From Gemmatimonadota bacterium (GTDB lineage: Bacteria > Gemmatimonadota > Gemmatimonadetes > Longimicrobiales > Gaopeijiaceae), in contig JBDHHQ010000006.1 of NCBI GenBank assembly GCA_039589315.1, forward strand, positions 1 to 64,000: a stretch of DNA of 64,000 nt, written 5' to 3'. Shown in pieces: positions 19,942 through 29,984 of this stretch (position 1 is the stretch's first letter; the number at the start of each line of letters is the position of its first letter). The translations under genes and the position numbers were made by a program. The notes under the pieces are model-generated. The model made no database searches and had not been told where the DNA came from. It saw only the letters and a program-made list of their open reading frames with translations.

Positions 19942-20535
19942 ATGAGAGCTCCATCGGTTCAACGAGCCACGACACTCCCCGTGCTCCTCCTCCTCGGGGC
20001 CTGCGAGTCCGAGCCGCCCCCGGAGCACGGCCAGGCGACAGCGGATCCCGCGATCTCGGCGGCCGATATGCTCTCCTACCTCGAGGCCAAGATCGACATC
20101 GCCGACGACAAGTTCATGGAGTTGGCCGAAGCGATCCCGGAGGAGTCGTACGACTGGCGTCCCATGGAGGGCGTGCGTTCGTTTCGCGAGATCTTCATCC
20201 ACGTAGCGGCGGACAACTGGCATGGTGGCGCGCTCATGGGCATTCCGACGCCGGACGACATCGGAGTCTCCGACGAGGGGCCGACGGTCCGGGCCTATCA
20301 GGAGCAGCACCTGTCCAAGGCGGAAACGCTGACGCACCTGCGGCGCTCGTTCGACTACTTCTCGGACGCGCTGGACCAGACCCGACACCGGCTCGACACC
20401 CCCGCGATGTTGCGCACGACGGAGTTGACGTACGGAGACCTCTGGGTGCGCCTGGTGACCCACATGCACGAGCACCTTGGTCAGAGCATCGCCTACGCTC
20501 GCGCCAACGAGATCGTGCCTCCCTGGAGCCGGTAG
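19942..20535 (+). CDS. DinB family lipoprotein
   Basis: Lipobox LLLGAC, WRPMEGVRSFREIFIHVA, HMHEHLGQSIAYARANEIVPPWS. Confidence 0.85.
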   Translation: MRAPSVQRATTLPVLLLLGACESEPPPEHGQATADPAISAADMLSYLEAKIDIADDKFMELAEAIPEESYDWRPMEGVRSFREIFIHVAADNWHGGALMGIPTPDDIGVSDEGPTVRAYQEQHLSKAETLTHLRRSFDYFSDALDQTRHRLDTPAMLRTTELTYGDLWVRLVTHMHEHLGQSIAYARANEIVPPWSR

Positions 20536-20699
20536 ACGGAGCTGACTCGGGCGTGGTGTTCGGCCCGAGCCCACGTCTACGGCTTCCGACGTCTCCGCAG
20601 AAACGCCCGGATGGGCGGTTCGATGAGGGACTGGGCGAGGCGCCGGTCGGACCCGCCCCTGCTCCAGGGCCCGCGCTCCGAGACGCGTGACCGGTCGCT

Positions 20700-23600
20700 C
20701 TACTCCGTCACCACCTGGTCCAACAAGCTCCTCAACTGTCCCATCAACTCCTCGTAACGCTCGTCCAACTGCTCCATCCGAAGGTAGGCGTTCGCAGGCG
20801 GCGGATCGTCCGACCCCGAGATGAGCGTCAGGATGTTGGCGTAGTCGGTCGTGAGTTGGGGGTGAAGGTTCGCGTGGTCGCCCCGTTGATTGTGCTTGTA
20901 GAGCTGGCCCAGCACCTCCTCGATCTCCGCCTTGGCGCTCGCCGCGGCACGTCCGTCGGAGCCACCGCGGGCGATGACCGCGTCCAGCTCCTCGATCCGC
21001 TGCTGACCTTCGGCCACGCCGAGCTGGACGGCGGTGATCCGATCCCGGGCCTGTATGGCCAGGTCGAACTTCTGCTGCAGCTCGGCCATGGGCGTATCGA
21101 CCCGGGGATCGAGCTTGACCTCGAACTCCTGGGTCTGGGACCAGCCGTCGGCCGTGCGGAGGGTCACCGAGTACGTCCCCGGCATGGCCAGAGGGCCGTC
21201 GGTGTCACCCGTCACGACCGCGATGCGCTGGCGGAAGCCCTCGTTCACGCCCGGGGCCAGGTACGCCGGGGGATAGCGGAGGTCCCACACCAGACGATGC
21301 GTCCCAGGCTCGGTGTCGATCTTGGGCTCGCCCACGACGGTCACGACGGGTTCCCGCATGCGTTGGAAGGCCTCTTCCTTGGTGCCAGGCCCTTCGCTGG
21401 AGAACGACCGGACCAGGGCGCCGCTCGCGTCCCGGATCTCCATCGTGACCTCACCGCTGGGCGACTCCGTCCAGGCGTAGAAGATCATGGCGCCTTCCGG
21501 CGGGTTCTCCGGCCATACGCCGCCCCGCGCACCACCCGCCAGCCGGAGGCGGAACGCATCCCTCGGCTCGAAGAGGAAGCCGCCGTCGGCGCTCGCCGCC
21601 CGGTCCACCTGATGCAGGGGGGTCACATCGTCCAGGATCCACAGCGCGCGCCCCTGCGTCGCCACGATCAGGTCGTCCTCGTGGACCAGAAGGTCCATGA
21701 CCGGCGTGCGGGGGAGGTTCTGTTGGAACGGCTGCCAGTGGGCCCCGTCGTCGAAGGAAACGAAAACGCCGAACTCGGTGCCAGCATACAGAAGACCTCG
21801 CCTCGCCGGGTCCTCCTGGATCGCTCGGGTCGGGTGGTCCGCCGGGATCCCGTTCGTGCCGTCGGTGAGCAGCGTCCAGGAGGCGCCGTAGTCGTCGGTC
21901 CGGTAGATGTAGGGACGGAAGTCGTCCATGCGGTACCGCTGGATCGCCGCGAAGGCTCGGCCCGCATCGTGGGGCGACAGCACGATCTCGTTGACGGTGC
22001 TGTGCAAGGGGAGCCCCGGCGGTGTGATGTCCTGCCAGCTGGCACCATTATCCCGGGAGATGTGGATGGCGCCGTCGTCGGAGCCTGCCCAGAACAGCCC
22101 ACGCTCATGGGGCGATTCCTCGAAGGCGAAGATGGTGCCATAGACCTCGACGCCGGTCTGGTCGTAGGTGAGGGGGCCGCCCGGCGGCTCGTCGTGCAGC
22201 TCGGCATGCTCGTCCCACCGCGTCAGATCCGGGCTGATGACCTCCCAGGAGTGCCCTTCGTCCCGGGTGACGTGCACCAGCTGGGAGGTGTGGTATATGA
22301 CGTTGGGGTCGTGGGGTGAGAACCGCAGCTGCGAGACCCACTGCTCCCGGTAGGTGATCTCTCGGTTCGACAGCGCATGCGGCTCCTGGGGCCAGATCCA
22401 CACCTCGCGCCGTTGGTCCGTCACCCGGTCGAGGCGGCTGACCCAGCCCTTGCACGACCCGAACACCACGTTGGGATCCCTCGGGTCCACGGCAATGGGT
22501 CCGGTCTCGCACCCAGGTCCCTGGAACCAGTTCTCGAAGGGGGTGAGGCCCCTGGTGGTCCGGCTCGCCACCGAGATCGTCGTATTGTCTTGCTGTGGGG
22601 CGAACAGGCGATAGGGGAACTCGTTCGTGGCGGTGACCGTGTAGTACTCGCCGGTGGGCTGGTTGTACTGGGTCGACCACGTGGCCCCGGAGGTGAAGGT
22701 GACGTTGGCGCCCCCGTCGTTCGACTGGATCCAGATGTTGGGCTGATCGGGGTTGATCCACATGTCGTGGTTGTCCCCGTGGGGCGTGGGGATGTTCGTC
22801 AACGTCTCGCCGCCGTCGTCGGACCGGAAGAAGCTCTCGTTGTTGATGAAGACGACGTCGGGATCCGTGGGGTGCGCGTCCACGTGCGTGTAGTACCAGG
22901 GACGCGCCAGCATATTCCGGTCGTCGCTGATGTGACGGAACGACGCGCCCCGGTCCTCGCTCCGGTACAGGCCGCGCAGGTCTCCCTCGGCCTCCAGCAG
23001 CACGTACACCCGGTCGGGCATCGCGGGAGAGATGGCCAGGCCGATACGCCCGATCATCTCGGGGATGCCGTTGGTGAGCCGAGTCCAGGTATCGCCGGCG
23101 TCCATGGTCTTGAAGACGCCACCGTCCGTGGAGCCGCTCCTCATGGTCCAGGGCTTCCGCTCGGCGGTCCACATCGCGGCGTAGAGGGTGGCCGGGTCGT
23201 CCGGGCTCATCATCAGGTCGATGGCGCCCGTGCCCTCGTTGACGTAGAGGATCTTCTCCCAACTTCCGCCCCCGTCGAGCGTGCGATAGACGCCCCGGTC
23301 CTCACTGGGCCCGAAGATGCTCCCCAGCGCGGCGACATAGACGTGGTCGGGATCCTGCGGGTGGATCCAGATCCGGTTGATGTGGCGCGATTCGGGTAGC
23401 CCGACCCACTCCCACGTCGTTCCGTCGTCCGTGGAGCGGTACATCCCGTCACCCACGGAGATGTTGCCCCGCACGCCCCCGGAGCCACTGCCGGCGTAGA
23501 CGATGTCGGGGTTGGAGGGCGCCACGGCCAGCGCGCCGACCGGGCCCACGTTCAGGTAGCCGTCCGAGATGTTCCGCCAGTGGTGGCCTGCGTCATCGGT

Positions 23601-23834
23601 ACGCCAGATCCCGCCTCCCACGGTGCCCATCAGGAAGGTATAGGGCCGGTTTCGGTACCCCGTGACCGCGGTGGACCTGCCCCCACGGGTCGGTCCTACC
23701 GAGCGGTATCGCAGGGCCTCGTACAGGGCTGGATCCACGGTGGTGTTTCCGTCGGGGGTCTGGGCGAGGAGAGGGACGGAGGTCAGCGAGAGGATGGCGG
23801 CGACCGCCAGAATCCCGGAGAGGCGGAAGATCAT
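20700..23834 (-). CDS. Vps10/BNR-repeat beta-propeller protein (putative glycosyl hydrolase), secreted
   Basis: Signal peptide, YRSVGPTRGGR, many Asp boxes, RPWYY, PHGDNHDMWINP, helical C-terminus. Confidence 0.88.
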   Translation of the reverse strand: MIFRLSGILAVAAILSLTSVPLLAQTPDGNTTVDPALYEALRYRSVGPTRGGRSTAVTGYRNRPYTFLMGTVGGGIWRTDDAGHHWRNISDGYLNVGPVGALAVAPSNPDIVYAGSGSGGVRGNISVGDGMYRSTDDGTTWEWVGLPESRHINRIWIHPQDPDHVYVAALGSIFGPSEDRGVYRTLDGGGSWEKILYVNEGTGAIDLMMSPDDPATLYAAMWTAERKPWTMRSGSTDGGVFKTMDAGDTWTRLTNGIPEMIGRIGLAISPAMPDRVYVLLEAEGDLRGLYRSEDRGASFRHISDDRNMLARPWYYTHVDAHPTDPDVVFINNESFFRSDDGGETLTNIPTPHGDNHDMWINPDQPNIWIQSNDGGANVTFTSGATWSTQYNQPTGEYYTVTATNEFPYRLFAPQQDNTTISVASRTTRGLTPFENWFQGPGCETGPIAVDPRDPNVVFGSCKGWVSRLDRVTDQRREVWIWPQEPHALSNREITYREQWVSQLRFSPHDPNVIYHTSQLVHVTRDEGHSWEVISPDLTRWDEHAELHDEPPGGPLTYDQTGVEVYGTIFAFEESPHERGLFWAGSDDGAIHISRDNGASWQDITPPGLPLHSTVNEIVLSPHDAGRAFAAIQRYRMDDFRPYIYRTDDYGASWTLLTDGTNGIPADHPTRAIQEDPARRGLLYAGTEFGVFVSFDDGAHWQPFQQNLPRTPVMDLLVHEDDLIVATQGRALWILDDVTPLHQVDRAASADGGFLFEPRDAFRLRLAGGARGGVWPENPPEGAMIFYAWTESPSGEVTMEIRDASGALVRSFSSEGPGTKEEAFQRMREPVVTVVGEPKIDTEPGTHRLVWDLRYPPAYLAPGVNEGFRQRIAVVTGDTDGPLAMPGTYSVTLRTADGWSQTQEFEVKLDPRVDTPMAELQQKFDLAIQARDRITAVQLGVAEGQQRIEELDAVIARGGSDGRAAASAKAEIEEVLGQLYKHNQRGDHANLHPQLTTDYANILTLISGSDDPPPANAYLRMEQLDERYEELMGQLRSLLDQVVTE

Positions 23835-24177
23835 GAAAAGCCTCCAGAAGTTGGGCACGATCTGAACCGATGGCGTGAACCTAGGCTGGGGGCTGGCCGT
23901 GCGCACGGGGTGGACCCGAGCCGAGCGGTGGATCGGAGGCCGGCGCCAACCAGCCCCCGACCCACGTCCGCTCGTTCACCCGCGCACGATGCCTCCGGTG
24001 GAGAATCGTCCGCTCGTCTGAATCGACATGGCCGCAACCTGACGCGCCACTATCAACCGATTCTGGGAGTGGTGTCGGAGAGGTGTCGTCTTCGCCCGGT
24101 GCCGCACCTGTGAGGCGTGCGGGGGGACGGAGGGAGGCGGAAGCGAAGGGCTGATGCCTACGAGGCGCCAGAGCCGG

Positions 24178-27100
24178 CTAGCGCTGATCGACCTCCCGGT
24201 CCCCCGCCGCCGGCGCGGCCGGAGCGTCCTCACCGAGACCAGCGGCGATCCGGGTCTCTCCGAGGAACGCCAGCGCGTCCGGTTCGCCCGCGTGCCACAA
24301 CGCTGCCGCGCGCCGGTAGTGTTCCACCGCATCGGCCTGGCGGCCCAGAGCCGCGTGGGCTCGGGCGAGTCCGAGATGAGCCGGGGCCAGGTACGAGAAG
24401 TCCCACATCTCGGTAAGTCCCTGATACCACCCGATGGCCTCCTCGTAGTCGCCTCGCTCCTCGAGGATGCTGGCCCGGAGGTACCGATCATGGGGGCGGC
24501 TCATGAAGGGAGACGCGGCGAGCTCGTGAACGGAAGGGTGCTGGACGATGCGGTCCAGGTGCACCAGGGCGGCGTCCGGGTCATCTTCGGCGTAGGCGAT
24601 GTGGGCCCGAAGGCTGAGCTCGAGCGTCGTCTCCAACAGGCCTGACCCGAATTCGTCGAGGTGGCTCGTCGCCTCCTGGGACTCACCTCGGCACGTGTCC
24701 GTGAGGCCGAGAAGATAGGTACGGAGCGCCTCGTGCTTGCCGTTGTGGACGAGCAGCAGCTCGTTCAGGCTCTCATCGAGGTTGGAAGCGAACTGCCAAC
24801 CCTCCAGCTCTGCGTGGGCGGCGGCGGCCTCGCTCCTGTTCGATCGGCCCGGAAGACATGCCTGCATCGCCTGGAGCTCGAGAGCCCAGCCGCGCGCGTG
24901 GTCCCGGGCGCGACGGGTGTCGTCATCGCCTTCGCTCCACTGGCCCTGTGCCACGTTGAACACGCCCGACAGGAGGTAGGCCACGCCGAGCCAGTCCTTT
25001 CTCGGCATGGCCTCCGGTCGCTCCGCATACCAATCGACCAGGGCCTCTGCCTTGTCCAGCTGGCGCCAATGCATGGCGAGCTGCGCTGCCGGGTAGCCGA
25101 TTTCGCCGACGGGATCGTCGACGCTGGGCAACACCTCGTCGATTGGACGGCCGTCACTCAGCGCCTCCGAGTACTCCCAGGCCCGGATCATTCGGCCTTC
25201 TCCGGCGACCCGACTCTGGAGTGAGTCGAAGCGGGCCCGCTCACCGTCGGTAGCCGCGAACTCCATGAGGTGGAGCATCACGTCGCCAAACGCCGGGGAG
25301 ACGGCGAGTAGCCGGTCCAGCCACGGACGAGCTTCTTCCCGGGAACGCCCTCGAATCGGGTTGTAGAACATCAGGACCTTGGCCAGGCCGTAGAGGGCCT
25401 CCACATCATCATCCCAGCGATCCAGAATCCGGACATACCGCTCCTCCGCGTCATCCGCCCTCCCGTCCAGGAAGTCGCGCCACGCCAGGACGAGATTGCC
25501 GTCGTGCTCGCCCAGAACGCCGGCGAGCGAGCCGGCTTCATCGGCAACGGTGAGAGCTCGCCGGTACTGCTCGTCCCATTCCAACGACTGGGACAGGCGG
25601 TAGTGCGCCATGACGAATTCGGGGTCGATCTCGACGGCCGTCTCGAAGTGGGAGATGGCCGATTCGAAGTCGGTCGCCAGGAAGTCGCGTTCCCCAGCCT
25701 TGTATGCCCTGTACGCCTCGATGGACTCGGTGCCCGGGCCCGTCAGCTCGGTGGGACTCGGGCTCAGCTGTTCCAGGAGCGCGAAGGCCGCGTTCTGGAC
25801 GAGTCTGTGTTGATAACCCACGGAGTCCTCCTCGAAGTGACGATGAATCGGACCATCGGGTCTCTCCGTTTCGTAGAGTGAGATCGAGAGGGAGAGGGTC
25901 GCCTCGTCCACCTGGCGCATCTCGCCCAAGGTGAAGTGGGTGGCGCTGAAGGCCCTTGCGAGTTCCGCCGCGGAGTCCGGGGCAAGGGTGTGGCCGCTTC
26001 TCCAATCGATGCGCGCACCCACGTTCACGTAGGGGACGCTGGTCACGTTGCCTACATCGGCGAGATAGTCGCTCAACAGGGACCAGAGCCCGGACAGCTC
26101 CGTAGAGCTTTGCACCGCCGGAAACGGGAGGATGGCGACCCGGGCCGGCGAAACCGCCTGGGCGACGGGCCCCGCTGTTCCGTTCGCGCCGCCGCGTGCA
26201 CCGTTCGTGACAGTCGCCCAGCCCGCCACCAGAACCACGGCCGCTCCGCCGGCGCTGACGAGCCCCCACCGCATGCGTCGTGCTCCTCCTCCGCCCCCGG
26301 CCGAGCTCCGCTCGGCATGGTCAGGCGGCTCGGTCTCGGTGGTGGGACCCGCGTGAACCGGGGGCTGGCCTTCCGACCGGGCCAGCCCAGGCTGAGTTGG
26401 GAGGCCCCATTGCTCCGGACGCGTTCCCTCCGCGACCTCCGGCGGGCCGGGGCCGGCCGCCTCAAAGCCCCCGGTCAGCCCCGTCCGAGATGGACGCTCT
26501 CTCAGGCGACGGGCCAAGGCCTCTACCTCCGGGTTCGGCTCGGCCTGGAACTCCTCCTCGAACAGGGCGGCGTGCTTCCTGGCAAACTGAAGCGCCTCTG
26601 ACCGCTGGCCCGCTGCTTCCAACGACTCCATGTAACCGACCGCCACGGAGGCATCGAGGGGGTCGTCCTGGATCAGGCTTCGCCACCACTGAACTGCGGA
26701 GGTCGAGTCTCCCTGTCCGTCGGCTGCCTCAGCGAGCGTCCGCAGTGCCTTCCTGTACTCCCGCGCGAGGCGGTCCCTCGTTCCGTCGGCCCACCGCTCG
26801 AACTCGAGCGCATCGTCCACGAAGAAGCCGTCGAGAAACGGACCGGCGTAGTAGCTGACTGCCGCCTTCAGATCATCGCGTTGCAGGGCTTCCCGGTAGG
26901 CCGAGACGTCGCTCCACACCATGTCGGCGTTCAGGCGGAGGTCTTCACCCGTCGCGAGGACGGCATCTTCACCCAGGGTCTTGCGGATCACATAGAGGGC
27001 TTCCGACAACAGCCGCCGGGCCTTGGTCGGTTCCGCATCGGGCCAGAGGTATCCGACGAGCTTGTCCCGGCTCATCAGGCCCTGGGGCGCACCGGTAAGC

Positions 27101-27717
27101 AATGCCAGCAGTGCCAGGCGCCTCCGCTGGGCACTGCGCCCCGTCACTGGCTCTCCCTGGATCTTCAACGAAACCCCGCCGAGGAGATTGAGCTCGGCGC
27201 GTTTCGACGCGAGCGCCGCGTCCCGAATCGAGTAGACCGTGACAGGCCGCTCGACGTTCTTGAGCTGATGCTCGCCGGCGAAGCGGGCGGAGAAGACGGA
27301 TTGGTTCTGGACCTCCCTGTAGACCTTCTCTGAGATGTAGACCGTTCCGGGCTCGGCGACACCCTGTATGCGCGAAGACCGATTCACGCAGTGCCCGTAG
27401 ACACCCTGATCGTCGTACGCGACCTCGCCCTCGTCGATGCCGATTCGTAGGGGAAGGGCGGGCTCGAATTGAAGCACCCGTTGAACCTCCAGGGCGGCCT
27501 TGACGGCAGACACGGAGCTGGAGAAGAGGCTGAGGCTGCCGTCCCCGAAGAACTGGACCAGTCGGCCCCGATGCATCGGGACGATCTCTTGTACTGCTTT
27601 TCGGTGCCGGGATCGGGCCGCACGGGCGGCGTCTTCATCGGCCTGCATGAGGCCGGTGTAGCCCACCAGGTCGGTGAACATCACGGCGGCCAGGTGACGC
27701 ATGGGCGGGTTGGACAT
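24178..27717 (-). CDS. Class III nucleotidyl cyclase-like / wHTH-BTAD / TM / TolB-like-TPR multidomain protein
   Basis: N-term MFTDLVGYT, FFGDG, LRIGIDEGEV, VNRSSRI. SARP-type SRDKLVGYLWPD...Y.GPFLDGF...EFERW. One TM helix, then RVAILPF, TESIEAYRAY and TPR helices. Start 27717 or 27702. Confidence 0.82.
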   Translation of the reverse strand: MSNPPMRHLAAVMFTDLVGYTGLMQADEDAARAARSRHRKAVQEIVPMHRGRLVQFFGDGSLSLFSSSVSAVKAALEVQRVLQFEPALPLRIGIDEGEVAYDDQGVYGHCVNRSSRIQGVAEPGTVYISEKVYREVQNQSVFSARFAGEHQLKNVERPVTVYSIRDAALASKRAELNLLGGVSLKIQGEPVTGRSAQRRRLALLALLTGAPQGLMSRDKLVGYLWPDAEPTKARRLLSEALYVIRKTLGEDAVLATGEDLRLNADMVWSDVSAYREALQRDDLKAAVSYYAGPFLDGFFVDDALEFERWADGTRDRLAREYRKALRTLAEAADGQGDSTSAVQWWRSLIQDDPLDASVAVGYMESLEAAGQRSEALQFARKHAALFEEEFQAEPNPEVEALARRLRERPSRTGLTGGFEAAGPGPPEVAEGTRPEQWGLPTQPGLARSEGQPPVHAGPTTETEPPDHAERSSAGGGGGARRMRWGLVSAGGAAVVLVAGWATVTNGARGGANGTAGPVAQAVSPARVAILPFPAVQSSTELSGLWSLLSDYLADVGNVTSVPYVNVGARIDWRSGHTLAPDSAAELARAFSATHFTLGEMRQVDEATLSLSISLYETERPDGPIHRHFEEDSVGYQHRLVQNAAFALLEQLSPSPTELTGPGTESIEAYRAYKAGERDFLATDFESAISHFETAVEIDPEFVMAHYRLSQSLEWDEQYRRALTVADEAGSLAGVLGEHDGNLVLAWRDFLDGRADDAEERYVRILDRWDDDVEALYGLAKVLMFYNPIRGRSREEARPWLDRLLAVSPAFGDVMLHLMEFAATDGERARFDSLQSRVAGEGRMIRAWEYSEALSDGRPIDEVLPSVDDPVGEIGYPAAQLAMHWRQLDKAEALVDWYAERPEAMPRKDWLGVAYLLSGVFNVAQGQWSEGDDDTRRARDHARGWALELQAMQACLPGRSNRSEAAAAHAELEGWQFASNLDESLNELLLVHNGKHEALRTYLLGLTDTCRGESQEATSHLDEFGSGLLETTLELSLRAHIAYAEDDPDAALVHLDRIVQHPSVHELAASPFMSRPHDRYLRASILEERGDYEEAIGWYQGLTEMWDFSYLAPAHLGLARAHAALGRQADAVEHYRRAAALWHAGEPDALAFLGETRIAAGLGEDAPAAPAAGDREVDQR

Positions 27718-28001
27718 GCGACTGACTCTGGTCGAGTTGTGGGAAAGGCTTCCGGGTCTGTCAGGCCCGAGGACCAGCGTGAGCATCCTCTACGAGAAAT
27801 CGTCGTTCTGGGCGGCCTGAACAGAGACGGCCACCGCCGCGCGGCGCACCGCGACTTTCAACTTGAGTCAGGAGACGCTCCTGCCGCAATACGGCACAGG
27901 TCGGCGCGGTCAGGACTCCGTGTATGTGCCGGCGGACTGCGCGAGCGCGATTCAGCTACCGCTGGAACGCGCTTCTACCCCGCCCGAGCCGTGGGCGCGC
28001 T

Positions 28002-28505
28002 CTACACCGGAGGCGCCTCCATCCCGTACTGGGCCCACTCCTCCTTGGCCGGCCCGAACACCCCCGGCACCTGGAGGCCGGCCTGTCTCATCAACACGGT
28101 CAGCTGGGCGCGGTGGTGTACCTCATGGAGGACGAGGGCGTGGGCGCTCGCCCCCCGGGTCCAGCTCTGCCCGTACATGTCGTCCGTTTCCAGAAGCCCC
28201 TCGTCGGACCAGTTGGCGGCCACCGCCTCGACGAGCTCCGACGACACCGCGCCGTACGCCTCGCGGATCTGATGGGCCGTCTGGGGTGGAGGCGTATGCT
28301 GGTCGACGGACGAGAGCCCGAGACCGGTCCGGTTCATCATCTCGGGCACGGTAACGACGATGTGCCATGCGAGACGCCGGATGGTCCGGTGACCGTCGGC
28401 TACCTCCTGGTCCAGCGACTCGTCCGTAAGGGCGCCGAGGATCCTGTCCGTGCCTTCGGCGAGGTTGCGGTACTGATCGAGAAAATCGTCTACGCGTCGG
28501 TACAT
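28002..28505 (-). CDS. DinB family protein
   Basis: RTIRRLAWHIV and HEVHHRAQLTVLMRQAGLQVPGVFGP motifs. GAGGAG RBS. Confidence 0.9.
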   Translation of the reverse strand: MYRRVDDFLDQYRNLAEGTDRILGALTDESLDQEVADGHRTIRRLAWHIVVTVPEMMNRTGLGLSSVDQHTPPPQTAHQIREAYGAVSSELVEAVAANWSDEGLLETDDMYGQSWTRGASAHALVLHEVHHRAQLTVLMRQAGLQVPGVFGPAKEEWAQYGMEAPPV

Positions 28506-28556
28506 ATGCTTCTCCTCGTCTCAGGATCGGGGGGCCGAGGCGACCCGCCGGCCGGC

Positions 28557-29984
28557 CTACCGGATTCCGACTATCCCCCGCACCGAGTCGATCAGCTTGG
28601 GAGCGTCCCAACCCACGCCATGGCGGAAGACGATCCTGGTGTCTTGGATGTGTCCGTCGGCTTCCGGGTCCCCGCGCAGCACGACCAGGTCGGCCACCTT
28701 GCCCGCTTCCACGGTTCCCGTGTCTTTGTCGATGCCCAGCACCTTGGCGCCGTTGGCGCTCATGATCCGGATCACCTCGGGCGGGGTGAACCCGGCCTCC
28801 AGGAGCAGCTCGTAGTTCTTCTGATCCCCGAAGCCCGGGGGTGCCGCGCCGTAGCCCGTGGGATCAACGCCTGCAGCCAGCAGCCCTCCTGCTTGGACGA
28901 ACGCATACTCGTACTCCAGCGCTTTCTGATAGAGGTCGGGATGGATCCCCACGCCCGACTCGGGATCGGCGTTGCGGCGCGACTCGGCGATTTCCCGGAC
29001 CTCCGCGGCGATCTCGGGCGCCAAGATGTCGTACACCCGCTCGTCGATGGGGGGGCGCCCCGGCACCGAGATCTCGTAGACGACGAGCGTGGATGTCATG
29101 GCTACCCCGTTGTCGATCATGGCCCGGAACGTGGACTGGACCTCCTCGCCGTTCACGTCCAGGTCGCCATAGGAGGAGCGGAAGCCCGGCGGGCATCGGT
29201 CGGGCTCCTTCCCCGGCGCGTACTCGCTGTTGGCGAACAGCCCGTGCTCCACGTTGTCGATACCCAGCTCAACGGCCTCCCTGTATCCCACCGAGCAGAG
29301 GTGAGCCGTGACTTTCACGCCGTGCTCGTGGGCCTCTTCGATGGCGGCGCCGAGCTCGGCCCGGGAGATCCAGGTGTAGGCCTTGAACCAGCTCACCCCC
29401 TCTTCCGCCCAGTACCGTACCACGCGCCGGGCCTGTTCGGCACCGTTCAGGCGGGTCATGGTCTGGGACCCCTGCTCACCCGTCAGGTAGGGGCCGGTGG
29501 TGAACAGGGTGGGGCCGATGGTCCGGCCGGCGTCGATCTCGCGCTTCAGGTTCAGCTCTTCGTAAGGGGCCCGGGCCCCCGTGGTTCGGATCGTGGTCAC
29601 ACCCGAGGCCAGATAGAGCCTCGATCCCGAGAACGAGAGCTGGGCGGCCCGGCCGTTCCCGCCCGTGTAGTAGCTGTGGTCATGGAGGCCTACCAGACCG
29701 GGGATCACCGTGTGGCCAGCCAGGTCATGGACCTCGGCTCCAGGGGGAACGTCGACTTCGCCCGTCGGGCCTACCGCGGCGATCCGCTCGCCCTCGATGA
29801 TGACGGTCTGACCCGTCCGAGCGGGTGCTCCCGTGCCGTCGATGACCTTCACGTTGGTGAGAGCCACGATCGGCGCGTCCACGGCCACGTACTCCCGGAG
29901 CGCAGGGCTGAGCTCCTGGGCGGATGCCGGCGGGGCGGCCAGCCCGGTGGCCAGAAGCACGAGAACGGCGGGACACACCTTCAT
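28557..29984 (-). CDS. Amidohydrolase family protein, secreted
   Basis: Signal peptide, VIDGTG, PGLVGLHDH, GVTTIRT, HLCS, EHG, GKVADLVVL. ATG 29984 overlaps the upstream stop (ATGA). Confidence 0.88.
   Translation of the reverse strand: MKVCPAVLVLLATGLAAPPASAQELSPALREYVAVDAPIVALTNVKVIDGTGAPARTGQTVIIEGERIAAVGPTGEVDVPPGAEVHDLAGHTVIPGLVGLHDHSYYTGGNGRAAQLSFSGSRLYLASGVTTIRTTGARAPYEELNLKREIDAGRTIGPTLFTTGPYLTGEQGSQTMTRLNGAEQARRVVRYWAEEGVSWFKAYTWISRAELGAAIEEAHEHGVKVTAHLCSVGYREAVELGIDNVEHGLFANSEYAPGKEPDRCPPGFRSSYGDLDVNGEEVQSTFRAMIDNGVAMTSTLVVYEISVPGRPPIDERVYDILAPEIAAEVREIAESRRNADPESGVGIHPDLYQKALEYEYAFVQAGGLLAAGVDPTGYGAAPPGFGDQKNYELLLEAGFTPPEVIRIMSANGAKVLGIDKDTGTVEAGKVADLVVLRGDPEADGHIQDTRIVFRHGVGWDAPKLIDSVRGIVGIR

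Noticed and set aside
23875..23979. Long inverted repeat (gggggctgg/ccagccccc with gtgaac/gttcac) upstream of the Vps10 gene
   Set aside because: Short, widely spaced GC-rich stems, not distinguishable from chance folding.
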